A stretch of DNA of 57,664 bases, from assembly GCA_900551415.1 (NCBI GenBank), contig URWB01000001.1, positions 1-57,664 of the forward strand. The letters run 5' to 3'. The translations under genes were made by a program, and so were the position numbers. This document shows positions 1 through 11,246 of the stretch, one piece after another (the stretch's first letter is position 1; the number at the start of each line of letters is the position of its first letter). The notes under the pieces are model-generated. The model saw only the letters and a list, made by a program, of their open reading frames with translations, did not search any database and was not told the DNA's origin. The stretch is from an uncultured Eubacteriales bacterium. Lineage in GTDB: Bacteria; Bacillota; Clostridia; Peptostreptococcales; Anaerovoracaceae.

Positions 1-660
1 CGGATGCAGTCCTGTTTCTAACTGCAGCTTCGCGGTACCCTCCATGCCGCAGGCTGCCAGTGTATAAGCCTGTGTTCTCGTTAGTCCATGCTTGACGCCG
101 CCGTCTCCAAGCGCTTCCAGCACCATCGACATGAAAGCCGGACCACAGCCTGACATGGCATTCGCGGCGCCCATCTGCGCAAACGGCAGCTTCATATAGA
201 GACCGAGTCCGCCAAGCAGATCCTCCAGCAACGCTTCTTCCTCTCCTGTCAGATTATTTTGATCCTCCACCAGCAATACGCCGCTGCAGATGGAAACCGG
301 CGTGTTGGGAACGATGTACTGATAACGCGTATCTGCCGGCAAGAGCGCCTTTGCCCGCTCATAATTCCATCCAAAAGCTACGCTGACAACAAGCTTACCG
401 GACAGCGCGCCGCCGAGCCTTCCTAAAACTCCCTCCAGTTGATACGGCTTGCATGCCATGATCACAATTTCAGCGTTTGCCGCCGCTTCCTCCGCGGAAG
501 CGCAAGGGTTGAATCCGATGCGCGCAGCATTGTCCCGCAATTTATCCTGACTCGGCGCGTAAGCGTAAAGCGCTTCGTCGCTGACCTTACCTGCGCGCAG
601 CAAGCCGACAGCCATTGCCTGCGCCATATTTCCCATCCCGATAAATCCGATTTTTTTCAT
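1..660 (-). CDS. proC: Pyrroline-5-carboxylate reductase (3' end runs off the window)
   Basis: Manual translation from ATG at 660 gives MKKIGFIGMGNMAQAMAVGL (Rossmann GxGxMA), later ...VPNTP... and ...SGCGPAF... motifs; GGAGG SD upstream. Absent from the ORF track because it is truncated. Confidence 0.9.
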   Translation of the reverse strand, partial: MKKIGFIGMGNMAQAMAVGLLRAGKVSDEALYAYAPSQDKLRDNAARIGFNPCASAEEAAANAEIVIMACKPYQLEGVLGRLGGALSGKLVVSVAFGWNYERAKALLPADTRYQYIVPNTPVSICSGVLLVEDQNNLTGEEEALLEDLLGGLGLYMKLPFAQMGAANAMSGCGPAFMSMVLEALGDGGVKHGLTRTQAYTLAACGMEGTAKLQLETGLHP

Positions 661-691
661 CTTCGTTTCCTCCGTTCTTCGTTCTGATTCT

Positions 692-747
692 TATGTGAAC
701 TACCCATTGTCTAAAGCCAGTGGGATTGCGGTAGCCTTATTTCAAAT
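692..747 (-). mobile_element. 56-bp mini-element resembling an IS200/IS605-family end hairpin (copy 1)
   Basis: Reverse complement ATTTGAAATAAGGCTACCGCAATCCCACTGGCTTTAGACAATGGGTAGTTCACATA; second copy at 36187-36242 differs by 1 nt; imperfect hairpin followed by TTCAC. Confidence 0.55.
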
Positions 748-1489
748 CCAGCTCCACCGGACAGTGGTCGGAGCCTGTCACCTCTGTATGGATTTTTGCG
801 TCCTCGAGTCTGTCCTTGAGTTCCTCCGAAACCAGGAAGTAGTCAATTCTCCATCCGGAGTTTCTTTCTCTGGCCTTGAAGCGATAGGACCACCACGAAT
901 ACACCTCCGTCAAATCCGGATAGAAATAGCGGAAGGTATCGATAAAGCCGCTTTTCAAAAGTGCCGTCATCTTGCCGCGCTCCTCATCCGTAAATCCGGC
1001 GTTTCGGCGGTTGCTCTTTGGATTTTTGAGGTCGATTTCCTCATGTGCAACATTCATATCGCCCGTCACGATGACCGGTTTGGTCTTGCGCAGTTCACAG
1101 AGATAATCCCGGAACGCGTCCTCCCAGGTCATGCGGTAATCCAGCCGCGCCAGTTCATTCTGCGAGTTCGGCGTATAGACATCGACCATATAAAAGTCCG
1201 TAAACTCCAGCGTGATCACGCGGCCTTCCTTATCGTGTTCCTCGATATCGATACCGTAACGCACGTCAATCGGCTCCTGCTTTGTAAAGATTGCAGTTCC
1301 GGAATAACCTTTTTTCTCGGCGTAGTTCCAGTACTGATGATAACCCGGCAGATCCATCTCGATCTGCCCCGCCTGCAGCTTGGTCTCCTGCAGGCAAAAA
1401 ATATCCGCGTCTGCTGCCTCGAAGAACTCCATGAAGTTCTTCCCCATGATTGCTCTCAGACCGTTGACATTCCATGAAATCAGTTTCAT
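737..1489 (-). CDS. xth: Exodeoxyribonuclease III / AP endonuclease
   Basis: [39 protein letters not shown] motifs. Confidence 0.95.
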   Translation of the reverse strand: MKLISWNVNGLRAIMGKNFMEFFEAADADIFCLQETKLQAGQIEMDLPGYHQYWNYAEKKGYSGTAIFTKQEPIDVRYGIDIEEHDKEGRVITLEFTDFYMVDVYTPNSQNELARLDYRMTWEDAFRDYLCELRKTKPVIVTGDMNVAHEEIDLKNPKSNRRNAGFTDEERGKMTALLKSGFIDTFRYFYPDLTEVYSWWSYRFKARERNSGWRIDYFLVSEELKDRLEDAKIHTEVTGSDHCPVELDLK

Positions 1490-1570
1490 TTTTTGTTTTC
1501 CTTTCCTCTACGAATCCGCTTTCGCGGCGGCTTATGTGCCTGGATCTGTCTCTTGGCCGCGCTCGATTCG

Positions 1571-1972
1571 TTACCTTCTCGCAGTCTTTCGCGCCTCCTG
1601 ACCGGCTTGCGCCACGTCGCTGATCGTCGGCAGACCGCGCTCTTTCATCAATGCCTCGCCCCAATCGCTGAGGCTTTCGAGAATGGGCATCAGTCTGTCG
1701 CAAAGTGCGGTCGTGGAATATTCCACGCGAATCGGAACTTCCATATATTCCTTGCGGATGACCAGTCCCTCTTCCTCCAGCTCGCGCAGCGAACTTGCCA
1801 ATACGGTGTTAGATATCCCGTCCATTTTGCGGCGCAGCTCGTTGTAGCGCAACGTGCCGCGATTGTTCAGCGCGCAGATGATCTGCATCTTCCACTTCCC
1901 GCCGATGATCGACATCGCGTAGCTCAGCGGACATTTGTCCAAACAAGGACATTCGTAATGTGTCTCTAACAT
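1571..1972 (-). CDS. HxlR-family winged-helix transcriptional regulator
   Basis: CPL...IIGGKWK...LRYNEL...LRELEEEGLV.RKEY...PIRVEYS pattern. Confidence 0.9.
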   Translation of the reverse strand: MLETHYECPCLDKCPLSYAMSIIGGKWKMQIICALNNRGTLRYNELRRKMDGISNTVLASSLRELEEEGLVIRKEYMEVPIRVEYSTTALCDRLMPILESLSDWGEALMKERGLPTISDVAQAGQEARKTARR

Positions 1973-2228
1973 GGCGTTTCCTTTCTTATCGCCTATTTGC
2001 GATATTTACTTTTCAAGGGCTGCTTCTAAAAATCTTTCTGCATCAAATCGTATTTTTGCGATTCTGCAGCAAGCAAGTCAGTTTTTCCTTGCCTGCTCAG
2101 GTTTTTTTGCGTGCTTGCAATTTGTTTCGCTTGCTACTATAATTATACCAAGTAAGAAAAAAAGAGCAAGTTTATTTTGGGAACATTTTTCACGTTCCGG
2201 ACAAAACTTGCAGAACGGAGCAAAATTT

Positions 2229-2855
2229 ATGGAAATCTATTTACAGGGCCTGACGATGGGACTGGCTTATGTCGCGCCCATCGGTCTGCAAAACCTCTTT
2301 GTCATCAACACCGCCTTGACACAGCGCAAGAGCCGCGTTTACGCGACCGCGCTGATCGTCATTTTTTTTGATGTGACGCTGGGACTTGCATGCTTCTTTG
2401 GCATCGGCGCAATTATGAGCGCTTCTCCGATTCTGGAAATGATCATCCTCGGCATCGGTTCGCTAATCGTCATCTGGATTGGACAGGGGCTCGTCCGCGC
2501 GCATGATACCATGGATACCAGCACCAAGGTAGATATTCCGATTGTCAAGGTCATTACGACCGCCTGCGTCGTGACCTGGTTTAACCCACAGGCGCTGATC
2601 GATGGCTCCATGATGCTCGGCGCGTTCAAGGCGACCCTGCCCGCAGGCACAGACTTCTTCTTCGTCGGCGGCTTCGCAAGCGCATCGGTCCTGTGGTTTT
2701 TAGGTATCTCTACAATTATTTCCTTGTTCAGCACCAAATTCACAGATAAGACTCTGCGCGTCATCAATGTTATCTGCGGCTGTGTCATCATCTTCTATGG
2801 CCTGAAGCTCGCGTGGAGCTTCATTCAGCTTGTGATGCCGTATTTCGGCGCTTAG
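2229..2855 (+). CDS. LysE/ArgO-family amino-acid exporter
   Basis: MEIYLQGLTMGLAYVAPIGLQNLFVI and TWFNPQA motifs; hydrophobic; start moved to in-frame ATG 2229; divergent from the HxlR gene. Confidence 0.88.
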   Translation: MEIYLQGLTMGLAYVAPIGLQNLFVINTALTQRKSRVYATALIVIFFDVTLGLACFFGIGAIMSASPILEMIILGIGSLIVIWIGQGLVRAHDTMDTSTKVDIPIVKVITTACVVTWFNPQALIDGSMMLGAFKATLPAGTDFFFVGGFASASVLWFLGISTIISLFSTKFTDKTLRVINVICGCVIIFYGLKLAWSFIQLVMPYFGA

Positions 2856-3073
2856 CACCGCGCCGCGCGGCAAATCGGTGTGCGGAGTGCTGCGGTGTGC
2901 GAAGTGCTGCGGTGTGCGGTACTGCCTTTGCGCTTGCCGCAGTATCGTGCGGCTTTGCCAAGGGGGGTACTGCGGCAAGTGTCCGCGGTAAGGGAACTTT
3001 GCTGCCACACCACGCGGCGAGGGGTACTGCGGCAGCTAAAACAAAAATATTTTCATTTTCCCGAATAAAGTTC

Positions 3074-3102
3074 TTGAAAAAGTCTGCAATTAGTGCTACA
3101 AT
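3074..3102 (+). promoter_or_regulatory. sigma-A promoter of tRNA-Pro
   Basis: TTGAAA-17 bp-TACAAT with extended TG. Confidence 0.6.
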
Positions 3103-3143
3103 ATACAAGTCGGCAATCGAAACACAAATTTGATTGCAGACGC

Positions 3144-3220
3144 CGGGATGTGGCTCAGCTTGGTAGAGCGTTGCGTTCGGGACGCAAAGGCCGCTGGTTC
3201 GAATCCAGTCATCCCGACCA
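3144..3220 (+). tRNA. tRNA-Pro (anticodon CGG)
   Basis: Acceptor stem CGGGATG/CATCCCG, D arm GCTCAGCTTGGTAGAGC, anticodon arm TTGCG-TTCGGGA-CGCAA, GGTTCGAATCC T arm, encoded CCA. Confidence 0.97.
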
Positions 3221-3225
3221 GAATG

Positions 3226-3260
3226 AAACCCTTGGAATTACAGCAGTTCCAAGGGTTTTT
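3226..3260 (+). terminator. Rho-independent terminator after tRNA-Pro
   Basis: AAACCCTTGGAA...TTCCAAGGGTTTTT hairpin with T run. Confidence 0.75.
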
Positions 3261-3271
3261 GTTATGTAGAG

Positions 3272-3348
3272 TATATTGCCAAGCGATATCCCCAAAATCA
3301 CGACATAAGCGCCTTGCGGAGCGCCTGCCATGAATGGCAGGCATGTGC
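3272..3348 (+). repeat. Dispersed structured repeat, copy A (diverged)
   Basis: Shares AATCACGACA.AA.C.CCTT.CG core and flanking hairpins with 35962-36082, 45698-45820 and 46913-47035. Confidence 0.7.
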
Positions 3349-3537
3349 CTAAATGCTGCGGCGTAATCCCATGAAAAACGCGCAGCTGACTATATAATAA
3401 GGAAAGCAATGACAACAAGCTGAGGCCGAGGTACGAAGATGTAACATCTTTCGCGGGTTTTTGGCTTGTTTTTGTATGCGTGCGCAGGAGGGCGCGCAAA
3501 AAAATATGGCGATTCGGAAGAAATCGGAAATTAGGGC

Positions 3538-3566
3538 TTGCATATTTGACAAATCTGTTATATAAT
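3538..3566 (+). promoter_or_regulatory. sigma-A promoter of rpoBC
   Basis: TTGCAT-17 bp-TATAAT. Confidence 0.65.
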
Positions 3567-3608
3567 ATTAGACTGCCACACAAAGTAATCTGTTTAAGAA
3601 TTTAAGGA

Positions 3609-6600
3609 GTGATGAAGATGCCAAAACCTATACAAGTAGGTCGAAAAGAGCGAATGACATTTGCGAAAATCAATGAAGTGTGCGAAATGCCAAACTTGAT
3701 CGAAATCCAGACGGACTCATACAACTGGTTCATCAAAGAGGGGCTTCGGGAAGTCTTTGAAGACAGCTCCCCGATTAAGGACTACGCGGACAATTTGATT
3801 TTGGAATTCATCGACTATTCCCTTACCGATGCTCCGAAATATGAGCAGGAAGAGTGTAAGGAAAGAGACGTAACCTACGCTGCTCCGCTTAAAGTAAAAG
3901 TCAGACTGATCAATAAGGAAACAGGCGAAGTCAAGGAACAGGAAGTTTTCATGGGAGATTTCCCGCTGATGACCGAAAAAGGAACGTTCATTTACAACGG
4001 CGCCGAAAGAGTCGTTGTTACGCAGCTGGTACGTTCCCCGGGACCTTACTACGATGTGACTACCGATAAGTCGAACAATAAACTGTTTTCCACCACCATC
4101 ATCCCGAACCGCGGCGCGTGGCTGGAATATGAAACAGATTCCAATGAGATTATTTCCGTCAGAGTGGACCGTACCCGTAAGCAGCCGGTAACGACGCTTC
4201 TCAGAGCGCTCGGCTTCGGCAGCGACCAGGAGATTATCGACATCTTCGGTGAGGACCCGAGACTGATGAAGACGCTGGAGAAGGATTCCGCGGCCAACTA
4301 CGAGGAAGGCCTGAAGGAAATCTACAAGAAGCTGCGTCCTGCAGAGCCGCCGACTGTCGAGAGTGCCAAAGCGCTTTTGAACTCGCTCTTCTTCGACGCC
4401 AAGCGTTATGATCTGGCGAAGGTCGGAAGATATAAATATAATAAGAAGTTAGGGTTATCCAACAGAATTGCGGGCGCTGTGGCAGCAGAAGACGTCATCC
4501 ATCCGGAAACAGGAGAAATCCTCGCGGAAAAGGGACAGCATATCGATAGAAATCTGGCATTTGAAATCGAGAATGCCGGTGTAGAATATATTTACGTATA
4601 CAGCACGGATAAGGAAAAGGAAGGGCAGGTAACCAAGGTTATCGGCAATCGCTTTGTCGATCTGCAGCAATACGTCAATTTTGACGTGTCGGAACTGAAG
4701 GTCGCGGACAAGGTCTTTTATCCGGTTCTCAAGGAAATCCTCGCGGAGGCAGCCTCTGAGGACGAATTAAAAGAAAAACTTACGGCGAGAAAGAACGACC
4801 TTTCTCCGAAACACATTATCATAGAAGATATCATCGCTTCCATCAGCTATATTCTCAACTTGAATTACGGCATCGGAACCGTAGACGATATCGACCATCT
4901 GGGCAACCGCAGACTGAGAACAGTCGGAGAACTTCTCCAAAACCAGTTCCGTATCGGTCTCGCCAGAATGGAACGTGTCGTCAAGGAAAGAATGACCACG
5001 CAGGATATCGAGGTGACCACACCGCAGGCGCTGATGAACATCAGACCGGTAACCGCGGCAATCAAGGAATTCTTCGGAAGCTCACAGCTTTCGCAGTTCA
5101 TGGACCAGAACAATCCGCTGGCCGAGCTGACGCACAAGAGAAGACTTTCGGCGCTCGGACCGGGCGGACTTTCGAGAGAAAGAGCCGGCTTCGAGGTGCG
5201 TGACGTGCACCATTCCCACTACGGCAGAATGTGTCCGATCGAGACGCCGGAAGGTCCGAACATCGGTCTGATCGGCTCGCTGACCACTTATGGCGTCATC
5301 AACCAGTACGGCTTCATCGAAACGCCATACAGAGTGGTAGATAAAGAAACACACAGAGTCACCGACGAGATTCACTATCTGACGGCAGACGAAGAAGAAA
5401 TGATGGTCGTCGCGCAAGCGAACGAACCACTGACCGAAGACGGACACTTTGTCAACGCGAAGGTCGCGTCCAGAGGCGAACATGGAGAAATCGCACTGAT
5501 GCCGAGAGAAAAAATCGACTATATGGACGTTTCTCCGAAGCAGGTAGTATCAGTTGCGACCGCGATGATCCCGTTCCTTGAAAACGACGACGCGAACCGC
5601 GCACTGATGGGCTCCAACATGCAGCGTCAGGCTGTACCGCTGTTGGTAACGGAGGCGCCGATCGTCGGTACCGGTATGGAATACAAGGCTGCGCGTGACT
5701 CCGGCGTCGTGATTCTGGCGAAGCATGCCGGAACCATTGAATTCGTGGACGCGGACACCATCGTGATTCGCAGAGATGACAACAACGGCAAAGATTCCTA
5801 TCACCTGCTCAAGTTCAAACGCTCCAATCAGGGTACCTGCATCAACCAGCGCCCGATCGTCGCGCACGGCGAGCACGTGGAGGCCGGCGAAGTCATCGCT
5901 GACGGACCTTCCACGGATCTCGGCGAAATCGCGCTCGGCAAGAACCTGCTGATCGGCTTCATGACCTGGGAAGGTTACAACTACGAGGACGCGATCATCT
6001 TAAACGAAAGACTTTTGATGGACGATGTGCTGACATCGCTCCACATTGAGGAATATGAATCCGAAGCACGTGACACCAAGCTCGGACCGGAAGAGATTAC
6101 CCGCGACATCCCGAACGTCGGCGATGACGCGCTCAAGGATCTGGACGAGGAAGGTATCATCCGCATCGGTGCGGAAGTCAACTCCTCCGATATTCTGGTC
6201 GGCAAGGTAACGCCAAAGGGCGAAACCGAGTTGACCGCGGAAGAAAGACTGCTGCGCGCCATCTTCGGAGAAAAGGCAAGAGAAGTCAGAGATACCTCTC
6301 TGCGTGTGCCGCATGGAGAAACCGGTATCGTGGTAGACGTCAAGGTCTTTTGCAGAGAAAACGGCGATGAGCTGCCGCCGGGCGTCAACAAACTGGTACG
6401 CTGCTATATCGCGACCAAGAGAAAGATCAACGTCGGCGATAAGATGGCGGGACGCCACGGAAACAAGGGTGTTATCTCCCGCATTTTGCCGGAAGAGGAT
6501 ATGCCGTTCATGGAAAACGGACAGCCGCTGCAGGTTATGCTGAACCCGCTGGGCGTACCGTCTCGTATGAACGTCGGTCAGGTACTGGAGGTACATCTGG

Positions 6601-7325
6601 GTTTGGCCGCTAAGAAGAAAGGCTGGTATATCTCCACACCGGTATTCGACGGCGCGAACGAAAAAGATATCATGTCCCTGCTGGAAGAATGCGGCTATCC
6701 GGAGACCGGCAAGCTCAGACTCAGAGACGGCAGAACCGGTGAGTATTTTGACAACCCTGTCACCGTTGGCTACATGTATATGCTGAAGCTCCACCATCTG
6801 GTAGACGATAAGATTCACGCGAGAAGTACGGGTCCGTACTCTCTGGTTACACAGCAGCCGCTGGGCGGTAAAGCGCAGTTCGGCGGACAGCGTTTCGGTG
6901 AAATGGAGGTTTGGGCGCTCGAAGCCTACGGCGCGGCGTATACTCTGCAGGAGATCCTGACCGTCAAGTCCGACGACATCGTGGGACGTGTCAAGACCTA
7001 CGAGGCAATCGTCAAGGGTGAAAATATTCCGAAGCCGGGCATTCCGGAATCCTTCAAGGTATTGATTAAAGAAATGCAGGCACTCGGCCTGGACGTTAAG
7101 GTATTGTCCGAAAATGACGAAGAAATCGAAATCAAGGAGTCTTCCGAATACGACGATGATCTGCCGAATCTCGAAGCCATCATGGACTTAGAGACCGAAA
7201 TGGGCAGTGAGGAAGAAGTTCTGAACGCGGGCTTCAGCGAAGAACTCGCGGATGACGACGAACCGAGCGAAGACGATCTGCAGGAAGCGGAGGACTTCGC
7301 ATTCGACAATTTCAGAAACGAGTAA
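3609..7325 (+). CDS. rpoB: DNA-directed RNA polymerase beta subunit (start may be 3612 or 3618)
   Basis: [62 protein letters not shown]. Confidence 0.99.
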   Translation: MMKMPKPIQVGRKERMTFAKINEVCEMPNLIEIQTDSYNWFIKEGLREVFEDSSPIKDYADNLILEFIDYSLTDAPKYEQEECKERDVTYAAPLKVKVRLINKETGEVKEQEVFMGDFPLMTEKGTFIYNGAERVVVTQLVRSPGPYYDVTTDKSNNKLFSTTIIPNRGAWLEYETDSNEIISVRVDRTRKQPVTTLLRALGFGSDQEIIDIFGEDPRLMKTLEKDSAANYEEGLKEIYKKLRPAEPPTVESAKALLNSLFFDAKRYDLAKVGRYKYNKKLGLSNRIAGAVAAEDVIHPETGEILAEKGQHIDRNLAFEIENAGVEYIYVYSTDKEKEGQVTKVIGNRFVDLQQYVNFDVSELKVADKVFYPVLKEILAEAASEDELKEKLTARKNDLSPKHIIIEDIIASISYILNLNYGIGTVDDIDHLGNRRLRTVGELLQNQFRIGLARMERVVKERMTTQDIEVTTPQALMNIRPVTAAIKEFFGSSQLSQFMDQNNPLAELTHKRRLSALGPGGLSRERAGFEVRDVHHSHYGRMCPIETPEGPNIGLIGSLTTYGVINQYGFIETPYRVVDKETHRVTDEIHYLTADEEEMMVVAQANEPLTEDGHFVNAKVASRGEHGEIALMPREKIDYMDVSPKQVVSVATAMIPFLENDDANRALMGSNMQRQAVPLLVTEAPIVGTGMEYKAARDSGVVILAKHAGTIEFVDADTIVIRRDDNNGKDSYHLLKFKRSNQGTCINQRPIVAHGEHVEAGEVIADGPSTDLGEIALGKNLLIGFMTWEGYNYEDAIILNERLLMDDVLTSLHIEEYESEARDTKLGPEEITRDIPNVGDDALKDLDEEGIIRIGAEVNSSDILVGKVTPKGETELTAEERLLRAIFGEKAREVRDTSLRVPHGETGIVVDVKVFCRENGDELPPGVNKLVRCYIATKRKINVGDKMAGRHGNKGVISRILPEEDMPFMENGQPLQVMLNPLGVPSRMNVGQVLEVHLGLAAKKKGWYISTPVFDGANEKDIMSLLEECGYPETGKLRLRDGRTGEYFDNPVTVGYMYMLKLHHLVDDKIHARSTGPYSLVTQQPLGGKAQFGGQRFGEMEVWALEAYGAAYTLQEILTVKSDDIVGRVKTYEAIVKGENIPKPGIPESFKVLIKEMQALGLDVKVLSENDEEIEIKESSEYDDDLPNLEAIMDLETEMGSEEEVLNAGFSEELADDDEPSEDDLQEAEDFAFDNFRNE

Positions 7326-7346
7326 TACAGAAAGGGGAGGGGCTCC

Positions 7347-10300
7347 TTGAACAATAACGTAAATCAAGATTATGAATTAAATAATTTCGAATCGATGAAA
7401 ATCAGTCTGGCATCTCCGGAAAAGATTCTGGAATGGTCTCATGGTGAAGTAACCAAGCCGGAAACCATCAACTACAGAACGCTCAAGCCTGAAAAGGACG
7501 GCCTGTTCTGCGAAAGGATCTTCGGACCGATGAAGGACTGGGAGTGCCACTGCGGGAAGTACAAGAGAATCCGCTACAAGGGGATTGTCTGCGACCGCTG
7601 CGGCGTAGAGGTCACCAAGGCGAAGGTCAGAAGAGAAAGAATGGGACACATCAAGCTGGCTGCTCCGGTTTCTCATATCTGGTACTTTAAGGGTATTCCG
7701 TCGAGAATGGGGCTTTGCCTTGATGTCACACCGAGAAATCTCGAAAAGGTGCTGTATTTCGCCTCCTATATCGTCATTGAGCCGGGCGACACCGGCTTGG
7801 GCTATAAGGAGATTCTCAGCGAGCAGCAGTACCGCGAAGCGAAAGAGCAGTACGGTGACAGATTTGAAGCCGGCATGGGTGCGGAATCCATCAAAAAGTT
7901 GCTGGCGGCAATTGACCTGGATGAGCTTTCCGCTGATTTAAGAAAAAAATTAAAGGACGCTTCCGGGCAGAAGAAGATTCGTATTGTCAGAAGACTGGAG
8001 GTTATCGAAGCGCTCAGACTTTCCGGCAACCGGCCGGAATGGATGATCATGGATGTGATCCCGGTGATTCCGCCGGATATCCGTCCGATGGTACAGCTGG
8101 ATGGCGGCAGATTCGCGACCTCCGACCTCAATGACCTGTACAGACGTGTCATCAACAGAAACAACCGTCTGAACAGACTGCTCGAACTGGGCGCGCCGGA
8201 CATCATTGTCAGAAACGAAAAGAGAATGCTGCAGGAAGCGGTGGACTCTTTGATCGATAACGGCAGACGCGGCAGAGCAGTCACAGGACCGGGCGCGAGA
8301 CCACTCAAGTCCCTGTCCGATATGCTCAAGGGCAAGCAGGGACGTTTCAGACAGAACCTGCTGGGTAAACGTGTTGACTATTCCGGACGTTCGGTTATCG
8401 TCGTCGGACCGGAACTGAAATTCTATCAGTGCGGTCTGCCGAAGAAGATGGCGCTGGAACTCTTCAAGCCTTTCATCATGAAGGAACTGGTAGAGCAGGG
8501 CTACGCGCATAACATCAAGAGCGCCAAGAGAATGGTCGAGAAGGTCAGACCGGAAGTGTGGGATGTGCTGGAAGGCGTCATCAAAGAGCATCCGGTTATG
8601 CTTAACCGTGCGCCGACCCTGCACAGACTGGGTATTCAAGCGTTTGAACCGGTGCTTGTAGAGGGTAAGGCAATCAAGCTGCACCCGCTGGCTTGTACGG
8701 CCTTCAACGCTGACTTCGACGGTGACCAGATGGCGGTACACGTACCGCTGTCCGTAGAAGCACAGGCAGAAGCAAGATTCCTGATGCTCTCCGTCAACAA
8801 CATTCTGGCGCCGAAGGACGGATCTCCGATCACGACCCCGACGCAGGATATGATCCTTGGCAGCTACTATCTGACGCACCCGGGCGTAGAAGAAAGAAAT
8901 ACCTACGCGGAAAAGGGCGACGGCAAGGTATTTACAGACCTCGACGAAATGCTGATGGCTTACCAGAACGGTACGGTCGGCATCCATGCGAAGGTCAAGG
9001 TGAGAATGTTCCTCGACGGAGATGAAAGAGGCAGACTGGTCGAATCCACCGTCGGCAGATTCATCTTCAACCAGGGCATTCCGCAGGATCTGGGCTTCGT
9101 GGACAGAGCAGCAGACCCGTATTCGCTGGAGGTTGATTTCCTCTGCGACAAGAAGAAGCTGGGTCTGATCATCGACAAATGTTACAGAGTACACGGCAAC
9201 ACCGGCACAGTCATTATGCTGGACTACATCAAGTCCATGGGCTATAAGTATTCTACCAAGGCCGCTGTGACCATCAGTGTCAGCGACATGGAGATTCCTG
9301 CCGAGAAGGAAGCGATCATCTCTGCCGCTGAAGCCGAAGTAGATAAATACGAAAAGGCGTTCCGCATGGGTCTGATGTCCGCGCAGGAACGTTATGAGGC
9401 GATCATCAAGATCTGGTCCAAGGCGACAGACGATGTTGCGGACGCGCTAATGGCGTCTTTGGGAACCTTGAATAACCTGTTCATCATGGCGAACTCCGGT
9501 GCCCGTGGTTCCAAGAACCAGATTAAGCAGGTCGGCGGTATGCGTGGTCTGATGGCCAATGCGACCGGTAAGACCGTAGAAATCCCGATTAAGTCCAACT
9601 TCCGTGAGGGACTGTCCATTTTGGAATACTTCATTTCTTCCAACGGCGCGCGTAAAGGTCTGGCCGATACCGCGCTGCGTACAGCCGACTCCGGTTATCT
9701 GACCAGACGTCTGGTAGACGTATCGCACAACGTGATCGTCAGAGAGTTCGACTGCGGTACGGATGAAGGGGTTGAGGTCAGAGCCTTCACCGACGGCAAG
9801 GAAGTCATCGAGCCGTTGAAACAGCGTATTGTCGGCAGAGTCGCGCTCAATGACATCGTGGATCCGATCAGTGGAGAAGTCATTGTAGAACAGAACGAGG
9901 AGATCCTCGAACCGGCGGCAGAGCGCATCGAAGCCTGCGGCATCGAAAGCGTCGCCATCCGTTCGGTCATGACCTGCCATTCCAGAACCGGCATCTGCGC
10001 GAAGTGCTACGGCCGCAATCTGGCGACCGGTGAAGAAGTCAACATCGGCGAAGCAGTCGGTATCACCGCGGCGCAGTCCATCGGTGAACCGGGTACACAG
10101 CTGACGATGAGAACCTTCCACACAGGCGGTGTAGCCGGCGGTGACATCACCCAGGGTCTTCCGAGAGTCGAGGAACTGTTCGAGGCGCGTAAGCCAAAGG
10201 GTCTTGCGGAGATCTGTGAGGCGGACGGAACGGTCATTTCGATTGAAGCGAGAAAAGATAATAAGACAGAGGTTCGCGTACGCGGCGAGGAAGAGGACAG

Positions 10301-11126
10301 AACCTATATCATTCCTTACGGTGCGAGAATCAATGTCAAAGAGGGCGATCAGGTATTCGCGGGCGGACAGATCACGCGCGGACCTTTGAACCCGCATGAT
10401 ATTTTGCGACTGAATGGTGTTGAGGGCGTATACCAGTACCTGCTCAAGGAAGTACAGCGTGTATACAAGCAGCAGGGTGTAGATATCAACGATAAGCACG
10501 TAGAGGTCATCGTCAGCCAGATGCTTTCCAAATATAAGATTGAAGACGCAGGCGATACAGATCTGCTTCCGGGCGGATTGTACGGCAAGTTCGAGATCGA
10601 AGAGGCCAACGCGAAGGCATTGGAGGAAGGCGGAGAGCCATGCGTACCGAAGAGAATTCTCCTTGGTATCACAAAGGCGTCGCTGGCGACCAACTCCTTC
10701 TTGTCCGCGGCATCCTTCCAGGAAACAACCAGAGTTCTGACGGACGCGGCAATCAAGGGCAAGAACGATAAGCTGCTCGGCCTTAAAGAAAACGTGATCA
10801 TCGGTAAGCTGATCCCTGCGGGAACCGGTATGAAGCGTTACAGAAACATCGAGCTTGACTACGGTGTCAACGCGGAAATCATGGAAAACTTCGAGAGACA
10901 GCAGGCCGAAGAAGCCGCGCGCGCGGCGGAGGAGGAAAGAGCTTTCCTTGAGATGCAGGAGCAGGCTGAAAGCGAAGCGCAGGAGGCGGAAGCTGCGGAC
11001 ATCACTCTGTATAATGAGGATGACGAGGAAGCTTCAGAAGCGGCAGAGACTGCAGAGGCGAATACTTTGGAAGCGGACGCCGCGGAAGGAAACGACGCAG
11101 AAGAAGCGACGCGGGAGGAAGAGTAA
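7347..11126 (+). CDS. rpoC: DNA-directed RNA polymerase beta' subunit (TTG start)
   Basis: Zn-binding CHCGKYK...CDRC, catalytic [27 protein letters not shown] before TTG. Confidence 0.99.
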   Translation: MNNNVNQDYELNNFESMKISLASPEKILEWSHGEVTKPETINYRTLKPEKDGLFCERIFGPMKDWECHCGKYKRIRYKGIVCDRCGVEVTKAKVRRERMGHIKLAAPVSHIWYFKGIPSRMGLCLDVTPRNLEKVLYFASYIVIEPGDTGLGYKEILSEQQYREAKEQYGDRFEAGMGAESIKKLLAAIDLDELSADLRKKLKDASGQKKIRIVRRLEVIEALRLSGNRPEWMIMDVIPVIPPDIRPMVQLDGGRFATSDLNDLYRRVINRNNRLNRLLELGAPDIIVRNEKRMLQEAVDSLIDNGRRGRAVTGPGARPLKSLSDMLKGKQGRFRQNLLGKRVDYSGRSVIVVGPELKFYQCGLPKKMALELFKPFIMKELVEQGYAHNIKSAKRMVEKVRPEVWDVLEGVIKEHPVMLNRAPTLHRLGIQAFEPVLVEGKAIKLHPLACTAFNADFDGDQMAVHVPLSVEAQAEARFLMLSVNNILAPKDGSPITTPTQDMILGSYYLTHPGVEERNTYAEKGDGKVFTDLDEMLMAYQNGTVGIHAKVKVRMFLDGDERGRLVESTVGRFIFNQGIPQDLGFVDRAADPYSLEVDFLCDKKKLGLIIDKCYRVHGNTGTVIMLDYIKSMGYKYSTKAAVTISVSDMEIPAEKEAIISAAEAEVDKYEKAFRMGLMSAQERYEAIIKIWSKATDDVADALMASLGTLNNLFIMANSGARGSKNQIKQVGGMRGLMANATGKTVEIPIKSNFREGLSILEYFISSNGARKGLADTALRTADSGYLTRRLVDVSHNVIVREFDCGTDEGVEVRAFTDGKEVIEPLKQRIVGRVALNDIVDPISGEVIVEQNEEILEPAAERIEACGIESVAIRSVMTCHSRTGICAKCYGRNLATGEEVNIGEAVGITAAQSIGEPGTQLTMRTFHTGGVAGGDITQGLPRVEELFEARKPKGLAEICEADGTVISIEARKDNKTEVRVRGEEEDRTYIIPYGARINVKEGDQVFAGGQITRGPLNPHDILRLNGVEGVYQYLLKEVQRVYKQQGVDINDKHVEVIVSQMLSKYKIEDAGDTDLLPGGLYGKFEIEEANAKALEEGGEPCVPKRILLGITKASLATNSFLSAASFQETTRVLTDAAIKGKNDKLLGLKENVIIGKLIPAGTGMKRYRNIELDYGVNAEIMENFERQQAEEAARAAEEERAFLEMQEQAESEAQEAEAADITLYNEDDEEASEAAETAEANTLEADAAEGNDAEEATREEE

Positions 11127-11162
11127 AACCTTCTGACGCGGGCAATGACAGCAAATGTGAGT

Positions 11163-11187
11163 GGGGCGGAGCGATCCGCCCCATTTT
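11163..11187 (+). terminator. Terminator after rpoC
   Basis: GGGGCGGA-GCGA-TCCGCCCC followed by ATTTT. Confidence 0.7.
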
Positions 11188-11246
11188 GTAATCATGGTTT
11201 TAAAATATTGCCGCGCGATATTTTGATTTCAAAAAGGAGAAGAAAC

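Noticed and set aside
2860..3040. GTGCTGCGG/GTACTGCGG short repeats and overlapping small ORFs
   Set aside because: Degenerate low-complexity sequence with no consistent period; ORFs lack RBS and motifs.
3144..3600. tRNA-Pro as an integration site for an island or prophage
   Set aside because: No integrase and no duplicated tRNA 3' end seen; rpoB follows directly.
5070..5170. Rifampicin- or streptomycin-resistance substitutions in rpoB and rpsL
   Set aside because: The RpoB cluster I sequence and the S12 PKKPNS and RVKDL motifs match the usual sensitive consensus.
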